DNA of 64,000 nt from Patescibacteria group bacterium (lineage in GTDB: Bacteria; Patescibacteriota; Patescibacteriia; UBA1558; GWA2-36-10), in the NCBI GenBank assembly GCA_041665505.1, contig JBAYIR010000001.1, forward strand, positions 147,108-211,107, written 5' to 3'. The position numbers were made by a program, and so were the translations under genes. The notes beneath the pieces are model-generated. The model saw only the letters and a program-made list of their open reading frames with translations, was not told the origin of the DNA and searched no databases. How positions within the stretch are numbered: the stretch's first letter is position 1; each line of letters starts with the position of its first letter. Positions 44,583-55,040 of this stretch are shown here, in pieces.

Positions 44583-46295
44583 GTGATTTTATTTTCTATG
44601 TCATATATTTGGAGATTACCTCAAAAGCCTAGTCAGGAATTTATAGATAAATTTCCAGAATTACATCCGATTGTAGTTCAATTATTGTTTAATAGAAATC
44701 TTAAAACTCAAAATGAGATTGATGAATTTTTGAGTCCTGATTATAGTAAAGACGTCCATGATCCTCATCTGTTTAAGGATATGGAGAAGGCTTGCCAGAG
44801 GATATATAAAGCTATTAGAGAACAAGAACTTATTACTGTCTATGGAGACTATGATGCTGATGGAGTTAGCTCATCGGTTATACTTCGCTCTGTGCTCAAA
44901 GATTTAGGAGCTCAGGTGGAAGTATATTTGCCTCATCGGGAAAAAGAAGGCTATGGCCTCAATAAAAAAGCGGTTGAAGAATTGGCGGGTAAAACTAAAG
45001 TGATTATTACTTGCGATTGTGGTATTAGTAATTTGGAGGAGGTAGATTTGGCCAATCAAAAAGGCATAGATGTTATTATTACTGATCATCATACTATTCC
45101 CGATACTTTGCCCAAGGCTTTAGCTATCATCCATCCGCAAGTTAAAGGAGAAATGTATCCTTTTAAATATTTGGCTGGTGGTGGAGTAGCTTTTAAATTA
45201 GCTCAAGCTTTGCTGTCTCATGTTAAAAATGATTTATCTGATAAAGAAAAAGAAGGTAGTGAAAAATGGCTCTTAGATATGGTAGCCTTATCCACGGTGG
45301 CTGATATGGTGCCACTACTAGGAGAAAATAGGACACTACTCAAATATGGTATGCTAGTTTTGAAAAAAACTCGCCGTTTGGGCATGAAAAAATTAATAGA
45401 GGTAGCTAATTTAGAAATTGATAAAATTGATACTAGAGCTATTGGTTTTTCTTTGGCACCTAGAGTTAATGCGGCTGGACGAATGGATCATGCTAATTTA
45501 GCATATTATTTAATGATTGAAGAAGATGAGGCTAAGGCTACAAAACTAGCTCAAGAGCTTAATCAATCAAATTTAGATAGGCAAAAATTGACTGAGCGTA
45601 TTGTACGTGAGGCCAAAGCGCAGACTATAGATGAAAATGATCCTTTACTAGTTTTTTATGACCCCAGCTGGTCGTCTGGTTTGACAGGCTTGGTAGCTGG
45701 CAGATTAGCTCGTGATTATGCTCGACCAGTGTTTGTGATGACCAAGGTGGAAAACAACATTGTTGGTTCTGGTCGCAGTATTCCAGAGTTTAATATTATT
45801 GAGGCGTTGCAAGCTCATGAAGATTTGTTGATAAAATATGGTGGACATCCTCAGGCTTGTGGTTTTTCTATGGATCCAGAGAAAAGAGAAACTTTTGTTC
45901 AGATTATGAAAGAGTTGGCGACTCAAAAATTGCAAGGCGTAGAATTTCAAAGTAAATTAGATATAGAATTAATGATAGATTTTGAAGATATATCATGGGA
46001 TTTGGTGGATTTATAGGAAAGATTCCGTCCTTATGGTCAGATGAATCCAGAACCATTATTTATATCTAGTGGTTTAGCAATTACTAGTATTCGTCAGGTG
46101 GGAAATGACGGCAAACATTTAAAATTGGAAGTTTCCAAAGGCAATAAGAAAAAAGGAGCTATTGCTTTTGGTCTGGGTAATGTGAAATTAGAATTGGGGG
46201 ATAAAATTGATATCGTGTATAATTTGAGTATTAATCAATGGAATGGTAATCGGGAAATTCAATTAATGATTAAAGATATAAAAAAGAATGGCTAG
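44583..46295 (+). pseudogene. recJ: recJ (ssDNA-specific 5'-3' exonuclease) interrupted by a single in-frame TAG at 46014-46016
   Basis: DHH motifs are present (VYGDYDADGVSS and ITDHHTIP), followed by DHHA1. After the TAG, the same frame continues with RPYGQMNPEPLF (the RecJ FGxGNPxPxF motif) and an OB-like tail that ends at 46295. Confidence 0.7.
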
Positions 46296-46683
46296 ACTTT
46301 TTACAGATGGTGGAGCTAGGGGTAACCCAGGCCCAGCCGCTATTGGTGGTGTGATATATGATGGGAAAAATAAAATAGCCGATTTTTCTCAATATATTGG
46401 TCAGACGACCAATAATCAAGCAGAATATCAAGCTTTGCTGAAAGGCTTAGATTTAGCTTTATCAAATAATATACAAAATTTGGAATGTTTTTTGGATAGT
46501 GAGTTGGTGGTTAAACAAATGAATAAAGAATATAAAGTTAAAGACAAAGAATTAGCTAAAATATTTGTTAAAGTTTATAATCTTAGTTTGAAATTTAAAA
46601 AAATTAGTTTTAGTCATATCCGAAGAGAATATAACAAAGAAGCAGATGCTTTGGTCAATAAAGCTTTAGACGCTAGACTTTAG
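46288..46683 (+). CDS. rnhA: Ribonuclease HI
   Basis: MARLFTDGGARGNPGPAAIGGVIYDG... The catalytic DEDD residues are in place. Confidence 0.85.
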   Translation: MARLFTDGGARGNPGPAAIGGVIYDGKNKIADFSQYIGQTTNNQAEYQALLKGLDLALSNNIQNLECFLDSELVVKQMNKEYKVKDKELAKIFVKVYNLSLKFKKISFSHIRREYNKEADALVNKALDARL

Positions 46684-46716
46684 TTATTTATATCAATTAT
46701 ATTAACAGGTTTCTGA

Positions 46717-46745
46717 TTGACAGAAAGCTGTTTTTTATTTATAGT
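46717..46745 (+). promoter_or_regulatory. Promoter of high-GC cassette 4 (TTGACA-17-TATAGT)
   Basis: TTGACA lies at 46717-46722 and TATAGT at 46740-46745. A hairpin in the 5' UTR (GAGAGAC-tgag-GTCTCTC) lies at 46782-46799. Confidence 0.55.
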
Positions 46746-46823
46746 AATCAAATTCGGATTTTTGTCCGGCCTTGTTCACTGGAGAGACTGAGGTCTCTCA
46801 AAACCATAGAAAGGAAGCCTAGG

Positions 46824-47042
46824 ATGGAATTTGGTCTCAAAGGTACTGGTTGGTATTTGATCTGCGATCAAGTACCGAAAGATGGCGGAGAGGGGGCTAG
46901 CAATCTCTTCTATCGCTTGAGTGTTCCGGTCGGGAGTAGTCAGTTGCGCTATGAGAAAGTAGCGCAACACGAAGCTCGTCGGATTTTGACCACACAAGCG
47001 GACCTGATCAAGGGTTATGTTGCCTGGATCACCACTCTGTAA
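46824..47042 (+). CDS. Hypothetical 72-aa protein (high-GC cassette 4)
   Basis: An RBS AAAGGAAG is present. The ORF is GC-rich. No family is recognised. Confidence 0.45.
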   Translation: MEFGLKGTGWYLICDQVPKDGGEGASNLFYRLSVPVGSSQLRYEKVAQHEARRILTTQADLIKGYVAWITTL

Positions 47043-47059
47043 CGCAGGAGGCTTGCTCT

Positions 47060-47260
47060 ATGGAACAGCTCTGGAAGGGCGCTTACATTGGTGCTAAGTG
47101 CCCCTATGAGGATTGTTCTGGTTTTGTGGGAGCTCATGATCCTGGTGGCTCTGAGCCGCATCAGCTTCGCTGTAGCGCGGAGCCCGAACACATGACCGAG
47201 ATCTCGGCCGACCGCTACTCCCAGCTTCAGCTGGAAGCTCGGTCTAGGGCCGAGGCCTAA
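47060..47260 (+). CDS. Hypothetical 66-aa protein with a Cys/His cluster (high-GC cassette 4)
   Basis: An RBS AGGAGG lies 8 nt upstream. The protein carries CPYEDC...H...C...H, which may bind metal. Confidence 0.45.
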   Translation: MEQLWKGAYIGAKCPYEDCSGFVGAHDPGGSEPHQLRCSAEPEHMTEISADRYSQLQLEARSRAEA

Positions 47261-47290
47261 GTCGTCCCATCAGGGATAAAGGCATTTTGG

Positions 47291-47330
47291 CCGCCGCCAC
47301 GTCAGACGTGGCGGCGGTTCTTTTATTTTA
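47291..47330 (+). terminator. Intrinsic terminator of cassette 4
   Basis: An 11-bp GC stem CCGCCGCCACG/CGTGGCGGCGG is followed by TTCTTTTATTTT. Confidence 0.8.
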
Positions 47331-47374
47331 CTTATGGGTTGATTTTTAGTCTCAAAAATGGTATTTTATATGTA

Positions 47375-48376
47375 ATGTCACAGGTATATAAGTGGCCTAT
47401 TTATGGTCATAAAAAGCAGTTAGAATTTTTACAAGAAACTATTAGTCAAGACAAATTGGCTAATACTTATTTATTTTATGGTCCAGCTGGTTTGGGTAAG
47501 AAAACAATTGTGGATTATTTTGTTAAAAGTACTTTTTGTCTTGATGATAAAGTCAGACCTTGTGAAAAATGTGAACATTGTCAGATGATAAATCGTGGTA
47601 TTTTTTTGGATATTTATAAGGTCGGACATAGAGAAGATTTGAGCGTGGATAATATTCGGAATTTTTTACATAAAATAGCTATGTCCAATTTTAGCGGGCA
47701 TAGAAAAATAGCTATTGTCTACGGGGCAGAAGCCATTAATCTTTTTAGTGCCAATGCTTTGCTAAAAACTTTAGAAGAGCCGCCAGCTAATACTACTATT
47801 ATATTGATTGCCAATTCGGTTGTTAATTTGCCAGCTACTATTATGTCTAGAGCCCAACTTATAAAGTTTAAGGCTTTAACTAAAACGGATATGACGGCAT
47901 GGTTAAAAAATTATGATTTTTCAGCCAAAGAAAAAGAAACAATAATTAATCTTTCTTTTGGTCGCCCGGGTTTGGCTTTAAAACTGATGTCCGATAATAT
48001 GGAACAATTCAAAAAAAATTCCAATTTTATACTCAAGATGTTAGCGGGTGGAACTTTTTATTATATGCAGGCGCTTGATAAGTGGTTTGCTATATTAAAA
48101 AAAGAATATCCAGCTTATAAATTGTATGAGCTAGGTAATTTAACCAAAGAATATTTAGACTTGCTGGAACTATTTTTGAGAGATATTTTATGGACCAAAC
48201 TTAATCGGTCTATAATTAATGAAATTTACGATCAAGAAATAAAGGAATTAGCTAAAAGTTTAGATAAACAAAGTTTAATAGATAATTTGTTGTCACTAAA
48301 TAAAGCTAAAGAGAAATTAAATTATAATATATCACCACAGTTAGTGTGGGAAAATTTATTTTTAAGTATTAAATAA
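47375..48376 (+). CDS. holB: DNA polymerase III delta' subunit
   Basis: YLFYGPAGLGKKT is the Walker A motif. SANALLKTLEEPP follows. The start is moved to the ATG at 47375. Confidence 0.8.
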   Translation: MSQVYKWPIYGHKKQLEFLQETISQDKLANTYLFYGPAGLGKKTIVDYFVKSTFCLDDKVRPCEKCEHCQMINRGIFLDIYKVGHREDLSVDNIRNFLHKIAMSNFSGHRKIAIVYGAEAINLFSANALLKTLEEPPANTTIILIANSVVNLPATIMSRAQLIKFKALTKTDMTAWLKNYDFSAKEKETIINLSFGRPGLALKLMSDNMEQFKKNSNFILKMLAGGTFYYMQALDKWFAILKKEYPAYKLYELGNLTKEYLDLLELFLRDILWTKLNRSIINEIYDQEIKELAKSLDKQSLIDNLLSLNKAKEKLNYNISPQLVWENLFLSIK

Positions 48377-48380
48377 AAAT

Positions 48381-49709
48381 ATGCCAAAACAAAAATTATC
48401 AGTTTTACTTCTTATCTTGCCATTATTTTTATCAGGTTGTATTAGCTTGTCTAATAAATCAAAAGGACCAGCCGCAGAACTGACCGGTGGATTTTTTAGA
48501 AGTGATAATTTAGGAGCCACTTGGAGTAAAATGAATACCATTTATACATTAGGTAACCAAGTAGCTACTTTTGATGCCTCCAGTGTGACGGTTATGACTT
48601 ATGATCCTTTGGATGACAGCGCTATTTATTTGGGTACTTTGCATGATGGTATATTTTATAGCTATGATTATGGTGAAGGCTGGACCAGAACTTTAGCAGG
48701 CTTAGGCACAGTCAATGATATCGCGGTTGACCCAGAGGTGAATTGCACTATTTTTGCCGCCGTACACAATGCTATTTATAAAACTACTGATTGTTCACGC
48801 TCTTGGGATAAAGTTTATTTTGAACCCAGTCCAGGCATATATATTTCTTCTTTAGCTATTAGTTATTATGATAATAATATAGTTTTTGCTGGTACTTCAA
48901 AAGGATCACTTTTGCGTAGTGAGGATTATGGGGCTAGTTGGGACGCTAGCAAGCGTTTTGAAGATAATGTCAAAAATATTTTTGTCGTTGAAGATGAAGC
49001 TAGTCGAGTAGTTTATTCTGTCACAGAAAATTTGGGTATTTTTAGAAGCCCAGATGATGGTCTAACTTGGAAAAATCTTTTAGATTATCGTGTCGATAGA
49101 ACGGAAGTAGATGAAGATATAACATTTAAAGAATTTCTAGCCGCTAGAGAAGCAGAAAAATTTTTGTTGACTTGCCAGCTTTTAACCAGGGAAGAAAGTG
49201 CGGAGATTATTCAAGGTGTTGATGATGCTACTAGACAAAATGAACTATTAAAAAGTGCTCAAGAAGAAAAAAATAGGCAAACTTGTGAAGCTTTGACTAC
49301 GCAAGAAATAAGAAATTTTGAAATTGAAAGTAAATATTTGAAGTTAGCTCAAGTGAGAGGAGCAGCCACAGTGATCACAGCTAGCTTGGATAGGAGTGTG
49401 GCTGATGCGCTTATTTATGCCAACAACGGCTCTATTTATAGGTTAATAGAAGATAAATATGGACCAATGTGGAAGCAAATAAAACTATTAACACCACCAA
49501 ATAGCTATGAAGCCATTTTCTCAGTTTTAGTCAATCCAAAAAATACTAATGAACTATTTTATGGCACCTCAGCTGCTCTTTATCATTCAATAGACAATGG
49601 TGCTAATTGGAGTATTAGTGATTTACCAACCAATCATAGCGCCCGTTCCTTGTCTTTTTCTAGGGATAATAGATTTTTATATCTCGGGGCTTATCAAATT
49701 CAACAATAA
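48381..49709 (+). CDS. BNR/Asp-box repeat lipoprotein (Ycf48/sialidase-like beta-propeller)
   Basis: A lipobox LSGC is present. Several S-x-D-x-G-x-(T/S)-W repeats follow: YSYDYGEGWTR, SEDYGASWD, SPDDGLTWKN and SIDNGANWS. Confidence 0.6.
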   Translation: MPKQKLSVLLLILPLFLSGCISLSNKSKGPAAELTGGFFRSDNLGATWSKMNTIYTLGNQVATFDASSVTVMTYDPLDDSAIYLGTLHDGIFYSYDYGEGWTRTLAGLGTVNDIAVDPEVNCTIFAAVHNAIYKTTDCSRSWDKVYFEPSPGIYISSLAISYYDNNIVFAGTSKGSLLRSEDYGASWDASKRFEDNVKNIFVVEDEASRVVYSVTENLGIFRSPDDGLTWKNLLDYRVDRTEVDEDITFKEFLAAREAEKFLLTCQLLTREESAEIIQGVDDATRQNELLKSAQEEKNRQTCEALTTQEIRNFEIESKYLKLAQVRGAATVITASLDRSVADALIYANNGSIYRLIEDKYGPMWKQIKLLTPPNSYEAIFSVLVNPKNTNELFYGTSAALYHSIDNGANWSISDLPTNHSARSLSFSRDNRFLYLGAYQIQQ

Positions 49710-49725
49710 AGATAACTATAAGCAT

Positions 49726-50280
49726 ATGAATAATTTAATAGAAAATCATCTCAGTCAATTTGAAAAAACAATTAGTTTTTTTCAAGAAGATATTTCTTCT
49801 CTTAGGACAGGTAGGATATCACCAGCTTTAGTAGAAAATATACTAGTGGAGAGCTATGGTACTAGCTCTGAGCTTTTGCAATTAGCGTCTATTACTACTC
49901 CTGAACCACAAAGTATAATCATCAAACCTTGGGATAGAAGTATTTTGGCTAATATAGAAAAAGCTTTAAATAAAGCTGATTTAAACGTTAATCCAATAGT
50001 TGATGGGGATTTAGTTCGATTAAATTTTCCATCACTGACTGAGGAATCTCGCAAGGAATTAGTAAAAATTTTACATAGAAAAGCTGAGGAGTCTCGGGTT
50101 ACTTTAAAAAATAATCGTGAAAAAGTGAAAGAGACAATTATCTCTATGGAAAAAACTAAACAAATTTCGGAAGATGAAAAATTTAATGCTTTAAAAGACT
50201 TAGATGAGTTAATTAAGCAATACAATGAAAAAATAAAACAGATTAGTGATAATAAAGAAAAAGAAATAATGACAATTTAA
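49726..50280 (+). CDS. frr: Ribosome recycling factor
   Basis: LRTGRISPALVENILVESYG and the rest of the RRF fold are present. The start is moved to the ATG at 49726. The ORF-track 5' extension overlaps the upstream gene. Confidence 0.9.
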   Translation: MNNLIENHLSQFEKTISFFQEDISSLRTGRISPALVENILVESYGTSSELLQLASITTPEPQSIIIKPWDRSILANIEKALNKADLNVNPIVDGDLVRLNFPSLTEESRKELVKILHRKAEESRVTLKNNREKVKETIISMEKTKQISEDEKFNALKDLDELIKQYNEKIKQISDNKEKEIMTI

Positions 50281-50283
50281 TTT

Positions 50284-51393
50284 ATGGAAACAGCTATTAT
50301 ATTTATTTTAATTTTAGGCCTTTTGGTCCTAGTCCATGAACTAGGACACTTTGTTAGCGCTGTAAAATTAGGGGTTGATGTCGAGGAATTTGCCATTGGT
50401 TTTCCACCCAAGATCTTTGCTTGGAAAAGAAAGGGGATTAAATATTCTATTAATTGGATACCAATGGGTGGTTTTGTAAAAATAAAAGGTGAACAAGGTG
50501 AAGGTCTTGATGATCCTAGAAGTTTCATTAATCAGCCAGCTTGGAAAAAATTGATTATAGTGTCAGCTGGGGTCTTGATGAATTTTGTTTTAGCTTTTGT
50601 TTTGTTATCAGTGGTGTTTATGCTTGGTTTTCCTCAAGAGCTTAGTAAGGATATGGGAGATAAAAATATCCGGGATAAAAATGTGGTTATTTTACAAGTG
50701 GCCAAAGGAAGCCCAGCTAATAAAGTTGGTTTAGAAATTGGGGATAAAATATTAGAGGTCAACGGGCAGTCTTTTGATAATTATGAAGAAGTTTATGCCC
50801 AATTGGAGTTTTTAAGAGGAGAAAATATAGAGTTGTCAGTCTTAAAAACCGATAATCAAAAAATGACTTACAATCTAAAACATGAAAAATTAGAAGGATA
50901 TGATGAGTCGATGTTGGGAGTAGGTATTAGTGAGACGGGAATTGTAGATTATGGGTTTTTTGGTAGTATTAGCCAAGGATTTAAAGTAACTATTTCTATG
51001 ATAACTGGTATTATTAAGGCTCTTTATCATTTGATTGCTGATCTTATCACCAGAGGCAAATTGGCTGAGGGTTTTGGTGGGCCGCTAGCTGTAGCTGCAG
51101 TAACTGGTGATGTTGTAAAACTTGGTTTTATAAATATTGTTTATTTTGCCGCTATACTGTCTATAAATTTAGGAGTGATAAATTTTTTCCCATTTCCAGC
51201 TTTAGATGGTGGACGGGCCATGTTTATTTTAGCTCAAGCTGCTACTCGTAAAAAATTAAATGAAAAAGTGGAAGCTTGGATACATAATAGTGGTTTTATT
51301 ATTTTAGTAACTATTCTAATAGCCGTGACCTTAAGGGATTTTAAAATTTATGGACCTAGTATTTGGACAGCTATCAAATCTTGGTTTATATAA
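50284..51393 (+). CDS. rseP: Site-2 (RIP) zinc metalloprotease RseP
   Basis: The HELGHF zincin motif is in TM1. A PDZ domain and a C-terminal LDGG motif are present. Confidence 0.85.
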   Translation: METAIIFILILGLLVLVHELGHFVSAVKLGVDVEEFAIGFPPKIFAWKRKGIKYSINWIPMGGFVKIKGEQGEGLDDPRSFINQPAWKKLIIVSAGVLMNFVLAFVLLSVVFMLGFPQELSKDMGDKNIRDKNVVILQVAKGSPANKVGLEIGDKILEVNGQSFDNYEEVYAQLEFLRGENIELSVLKTDNQKMTYNLKHEKLEGYDESMLGVGISETGIVDYGFFGSISQGFKVTISMITGIIKALYHLIADLITRGKLAEGFGGPLAVAAVTGDVVKLGFINIVYFAAILSINLGVINFFPFPALDGGRAMFILAQAATRKKLNEKVEAWIHNSGFIILVTILIAVTLRDFKIYGPSIWTAIKSWFI

Positions 51394-51417
51394 TTAATAA
51401 AGTAAATTTCTAACTGG

Positions 51418-51702
51418 ATGAAATTTTTAATAAACAATAATAAATATAATATATTAGCTTTAACTAGACAAATTGGCTATCACCCGCATAAAAATAAGCA
51501 GAGTTTTTCCAGACGTTTGGACAGTGGCGAATTTCCTCGTTTACATGTCTATATTAAAGAGCTAGACGACGCTTGGGAATTTTCTTTGCATCTTGATCAA
51601 AAAGGCGCTTGCTATGATGGCCAAACTGCTCATAATGGGGATTATGATGGCGAAATTTTAGAGGCAGAAAAAAATCGCATTAGCAATTTATTAAAAGATT
51701 AA
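51418..51702 (+). CDS. Hypothetical protein (94 aa)
   Basis: A short ORF between rseP and proS. No family is recognised. Confidence 0.35.
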   Translation: MKFLINNNKYNILALTRQIGYHPHKNKQSFSRRLDSGEFPRLHVYIKELDDAWEFSLHLDQKGACYDGQTAHNGDYDGEILEAEKNRISNLLKD

Positions 51703-51704
51703 AT

Positions 51705-53168
51705 ATGAATAACAACAATAAAATCACAGCTAGATCAGAAGATTATTCTAAGTGGTATCTGGATGTTATAGAAGCAGCTGATTTGGCGGAATATGGTCCA
51801 GTTAAGGGTACGATGATCATCAAACCATATGGTTATGCTATTTGGGAGAATATTAAAAATGCTCTAGATAAAAAAATAAAATCTACTGGACATCAAAATA
51901 TGTATTTCCCTTTGTTAATTCCCAAATCTTTTTTTAATAAAGAAGCGTCACATGTTGAGGGTTTCGCCAAAGAGTGTGCAGTAGTTACTCATTATAGATT
52001 AAAAAATGATGGGCAGGGTAATATTGTAGTAGATGAGAGTGCTAAACTAGAAGAGGAATTAATTATACGCCCCACTTCAGAAACTATTATCAATAATAGT
52101 TTCGCACAGTGGGTAAAATCTTGGCGTGATTTGCCAGTTTTGATAAATCAATGGGCCAATGTCATGCGTTGGGAGATGCGCACTAGGCCATTTTTACGTA
52201 CTTCAGAATTTTTATGGCAGGAAGGTCATACCTGTCATATTAGTAAATCAGAAGCTGAAAAGGAAGCCAAAAAAATGCTTAGAGTCTATGTAGATTTGGT
52301 GAAAAATAAATTAGCTATGGATGTAGTATCGGGAAAAAAATCAGACAGTGAAAAATTTGCTGGCGCTCTACATACTTATACTATTGAGGCTATGATGCAA
52401 GACGGCAAAGCTCTCCAATCAGGTACATCTCATAATTTAGGTCAAAATTTTGCCAAAGCTTTTGATATTAAATTTTTGGATAAAGAAAATAATTTTCAAT
52501 ATGTTTGGCAAACTAGCTGGGGAATGAGCACTCGTATTATAGGAGGATTAATAATGACTCATAGTGATGACAAAGGTTTGGTTTTGCCTCCAGAGATAGC
52601 TCCTATTAAAGTAGTTGTGATTCCTATTTTGAAAGAAAAAGAAGATAATACTGAAGTTTTAAATTTTGTCAAAAAATTAAAATTAGGAGTTAGAGAGTCA
52701 GAGATTGATACTAGAAATAATATCAGTACCGGAGTTAAATATAATGAGTGGGAGAAAAAAGGTGTACCGATTAGATTAGAGGTTGGTCAAAGAGAAATGG
52801 ATAATAATTCTGTGATGTTGGTGTGTCGACATAATAGTAGTAAGACTTTGGTAAAAATTAATGATTTAGCCAAAACTATCAAGCACGAATTAAAAGACAT
52901 GCAAGCAGAACTTTATCAAAAAGCTTTAGATTTTAGAATTCAACATACCAAAACTGTAGATACTTGGGAAGAATTTGTCAAAGAAATTGATAATAATAAT
53001 TTTGTTTTGGCTCATTGGGATGGCACAGCGGAGACAGAAAATAAAATTAAAGAAGAAACTAAGGGTACTATACGATGTTTGCCATTTGATCAAAAAATCG
53101 AAAAAGGATTCTGTGTTTATAGCAAAAAACCATCAAAACAAAGAGTTTTATTTGCTAAAGCTTATTAA
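51705..53168 (+). CDS. proS: Prolyl-tRNA synthetase (archaeal/eukaryote-like class II type)
   Basis: The protein begins ...[36 protein letters not shown]... and has class II motifs. Confidence 0.9.
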   Translation: MNNNNKITARSEDYSKWYLDVIEAADLAEYGPVKGTMIIKPYGYAIWENIKNALDKKIKSTGHQNMYFPLLIPKSFFNKEASHVEGFAKECAVVTHYRLKNDGQGNIVVDESAKLEEELIIRPTSETIINNSFAQWVKSWRDLPVLINQWANVMRWEMRTRPFLRTSEFLWQEGHTCHISKSEAEKEAKKMLRVYVDLVKNKLAMDVVSGKKSDSEKFAGALHTYTIEAMMQDGKALQSGTSHNLGQNFAKAFDIKFLDKENNFQYVWQTSWGMSTRIIGGLIMTHSDDKGLVLPPEIAPIKVVVIPILKEKEDNTEVLNFVKKLKLGVRESEIDTRNNISTGVKYNEWEKKGVPIRLEVGQREMDNNSVMLVCRHNSSKTLVKINDLAKTIKHELKDMQAELYQKALDFRIQHTKTVDTWEEFVKEIDNNNFVLAHWDGTAETENKIKEETKGTIRCLPFDQKIEKGFCVYSKKPSKQRVLFAKAY

Positions 53169-53234
53169 AATTTGTATTTGCAAAATTTCTTCAAAAATGG
53201 TAAGACAAGGGGGTATAATTAATAGCTACAGATA

Positions 53235-54287
53235 ATGTTTAAAGGACTTTTTAAAAATTTTTCCAAAGATATTGGTATTGACCTAGGCACGGCCAATATT
53301 TTGGTTTATGTCAAAGATCAGGGTATTGTGATTAATGAGCCTTCTATTGTGGCTATTAACAATCGTACAGAAAAAATTGTGGCTGTGGGTGATGATGCTA
53401 AGGTGATGCTTGGAAAAACTCCTCAGCATATTACAGTTACTAGACCATTAGTTGATGGTATTATCTCTGATTTTGAAGTAACAGAAAAAATGATTAAGCA
53501 TTTTATTGAAAAAGTGCATAAAGAATCATTTACTTTTATGCCTCGGCCTAGAGTAGTGGTTGGTATTCCTTTGGATGTGACTGAAGTAGAAAGAAAAGCC
53601 GTAGAGGACTCTGTGATGGGAGCTGGCGCTTCAGAAGTACTACTAATAGAAGAACCAATGGCGGCAGCGATTGGCGCTGGTTTGCCAATTCAAGAAGCTT
53701 CAGGATCTATGATTGTAGATATTGGTGGTGGCACTACAGAAATTGCTGTAATATCGCTCGGTGGTGTGGTATCTTGGAAATCACTCAAATTGGCCGGCGA
53801 TAAACTCAATGAAGCTATTATCCAATATGCTCGAGATAAATTTAATTTACTTTTAGGAGAACATAGTGCGGAAAAGATAAAAATACAAATAGCTTCTATT
53901 ATTCCGGGTGATAAACCAGTAAAAGCTATTATTCGTGGGCGTGATCTTTTGACTGGTTTGCCCAAAGAGGTCCAAATAACAGACGCTAATATTAGGGAGG
54001 CTATTACTAAACCGATAAAATTGATTATAGAAAATATAAAAACCACTATTGAAAATACGCCACCAGAATTAGTAGCTGATCTTTATGAAAGAGGCATGGT
54101 TTTAACTGGTGGTGGAGCCTTGATTAAAGGCTTGGATGTTTTGATAGCTCAAGAAACTAAAATGCCAGTGCATATTACTGATGAACCGCTAACAGCCGTA
54201 GTCAGAGGCACCGGTAAAGTATTAGATGATTTAGAAAATTTAAGAGAGATATTACTTCCTTCTACCAAAGATTTAGGATTAAGCTAG
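53235..54287 (+). CDS. mreB: Rod shape-determining protein MreB
   Basis: DIGIDLGTANILVYV... and actin-fold phosphate motifs are present. Confidence 0.9.
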   Translation: MFKGLFKNFSKDIGIDLGTANILVYVKDQGIVINEPSIVAINNRTEKIVAVGDDAKVMLGKTPQHITVTRPLVDGIISDFEVTEKMIKHFIEKVHKESFTFMPRPRVVVGIPLDVTEVERKAVEDSVMGAGASEVLLIEEPMAAAIGAGLPIQEASGSMIVDIGGGTTEIAVISLGGVVSWKSLKLAGDKLNEAIIQYARDKFNLLLGEHSAEKIKIQIASIIPGDKPVKAIIRGRDLLTGLPKEVQITDANIREAITKPIKLIIENIKTTIENTPPELVADLYERGMVLTGGGALIKGLDVLIAQETKMPVHITDEPLTAVVRGTGKVLDDLENLREILLPSTKDLGLS

Positions 54288-54299
54288 ATAAGATAGCTG

Positions 54300-55040
54300 A
54301 TGTTAAGAGAAAATTTAAAACTTTTTTTACTTTTTATTAGTATAATTATTTTGTTTGTATTGTTTAAAAACGGACAAATTTTTGATTTGGGTATAATTTT
54401 TAGGCATAGTTTCACACCTAATAAATTTGATACTAAATTACTGCAGCCGCCAGATGATATAGAAGAGGCTTACAAAAATCTTTTGGTAGAGAATAATAAA
54501 CTCAAAGAGCTAGAACAAGAAAATAACGATTTACATCAATTATTGGATTTGAAAAATAAAAATGAATATAGTCTAGCGGTGGTTAATGTCTTGAGTCGTG
54601 ATCCAGCTAATCGCAATATATTAATAATAGATGGGGGCCGTGATAAAAATATAGTTAGTGGCCAAGCCGTAGTAGTTAGTAGCGGTATTATTATAGCTAA
54701 AGTGATAGAGGTAGGTATTGATTCATCTAAAATTCGTCTGTTGACAGATAATTTTTCAAAATTAGCTGTTAAAGTCGGTGATGATAGAAATGTTTCTGGT
54801 ATACTCTCTGGCTCCTTAGGTTTAGTAATGGATCTTAGTTTTATTCCTCAAGAGCAAGAGATAAAAAAAGATGATATTGTAGTCAGTGCTGATATTGATC
54901 CAAAAATTCCACCAGGTTTGGTAGTTGGTAAAATAGAAAATATTGATTTTTCGCAAGAAGAACTTTTTAAAAAAGCTTCTGTTTTACCATTAATTAATTA
55001 TGAAGCTCTAGATACTTTAGCAGTAATTACAATTTTATGA
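54300..55040 (+). CDS. mreC: Rod shape-determining protein MreC
   Basis: TM helix plus coiled coil (LVENNKLKELEQENNDLHQLLDL), then a beta domain. Its position is the canonical mreB-mreC-mreD order. Confidence 0.6.
   Translation: MLRENLKLFLLFISIIILFVLFKNGQIFDLGIIFRHSFTPNKFDTKLLQPPDDIEEAYKNLLVENNKLKELEQENNDLHQLLDLKNKNEYSLAVVNVLSRDPANRNILIIDGGRDKNIVSGQAVVVSSGIIIAKVIEVGIDSSKIRLLTDNFSKLAVKVGDDRNVSGILSGSLGLVMDLSFIPQEQEIKKDDIVVSADIDPKIPPGLVVGKIENIDFSQEELFKKASVLPLINYEALDTLAVITIL

Noticed and set aside
44583-46295. Alternative genetic code (stop-codon reassignment) as the explanation for the in-frame TAG in recJ
   Set aside because: All other genes in the window end at TAA, TAG or TGA with normal lengths (for example pyrG, murA and proS), and no other gene shows an internal TAG or TGA. 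The standard bacterial code fits, so the recJ TAG is a lesion, an error or a readthrough site rather than a reassignment.
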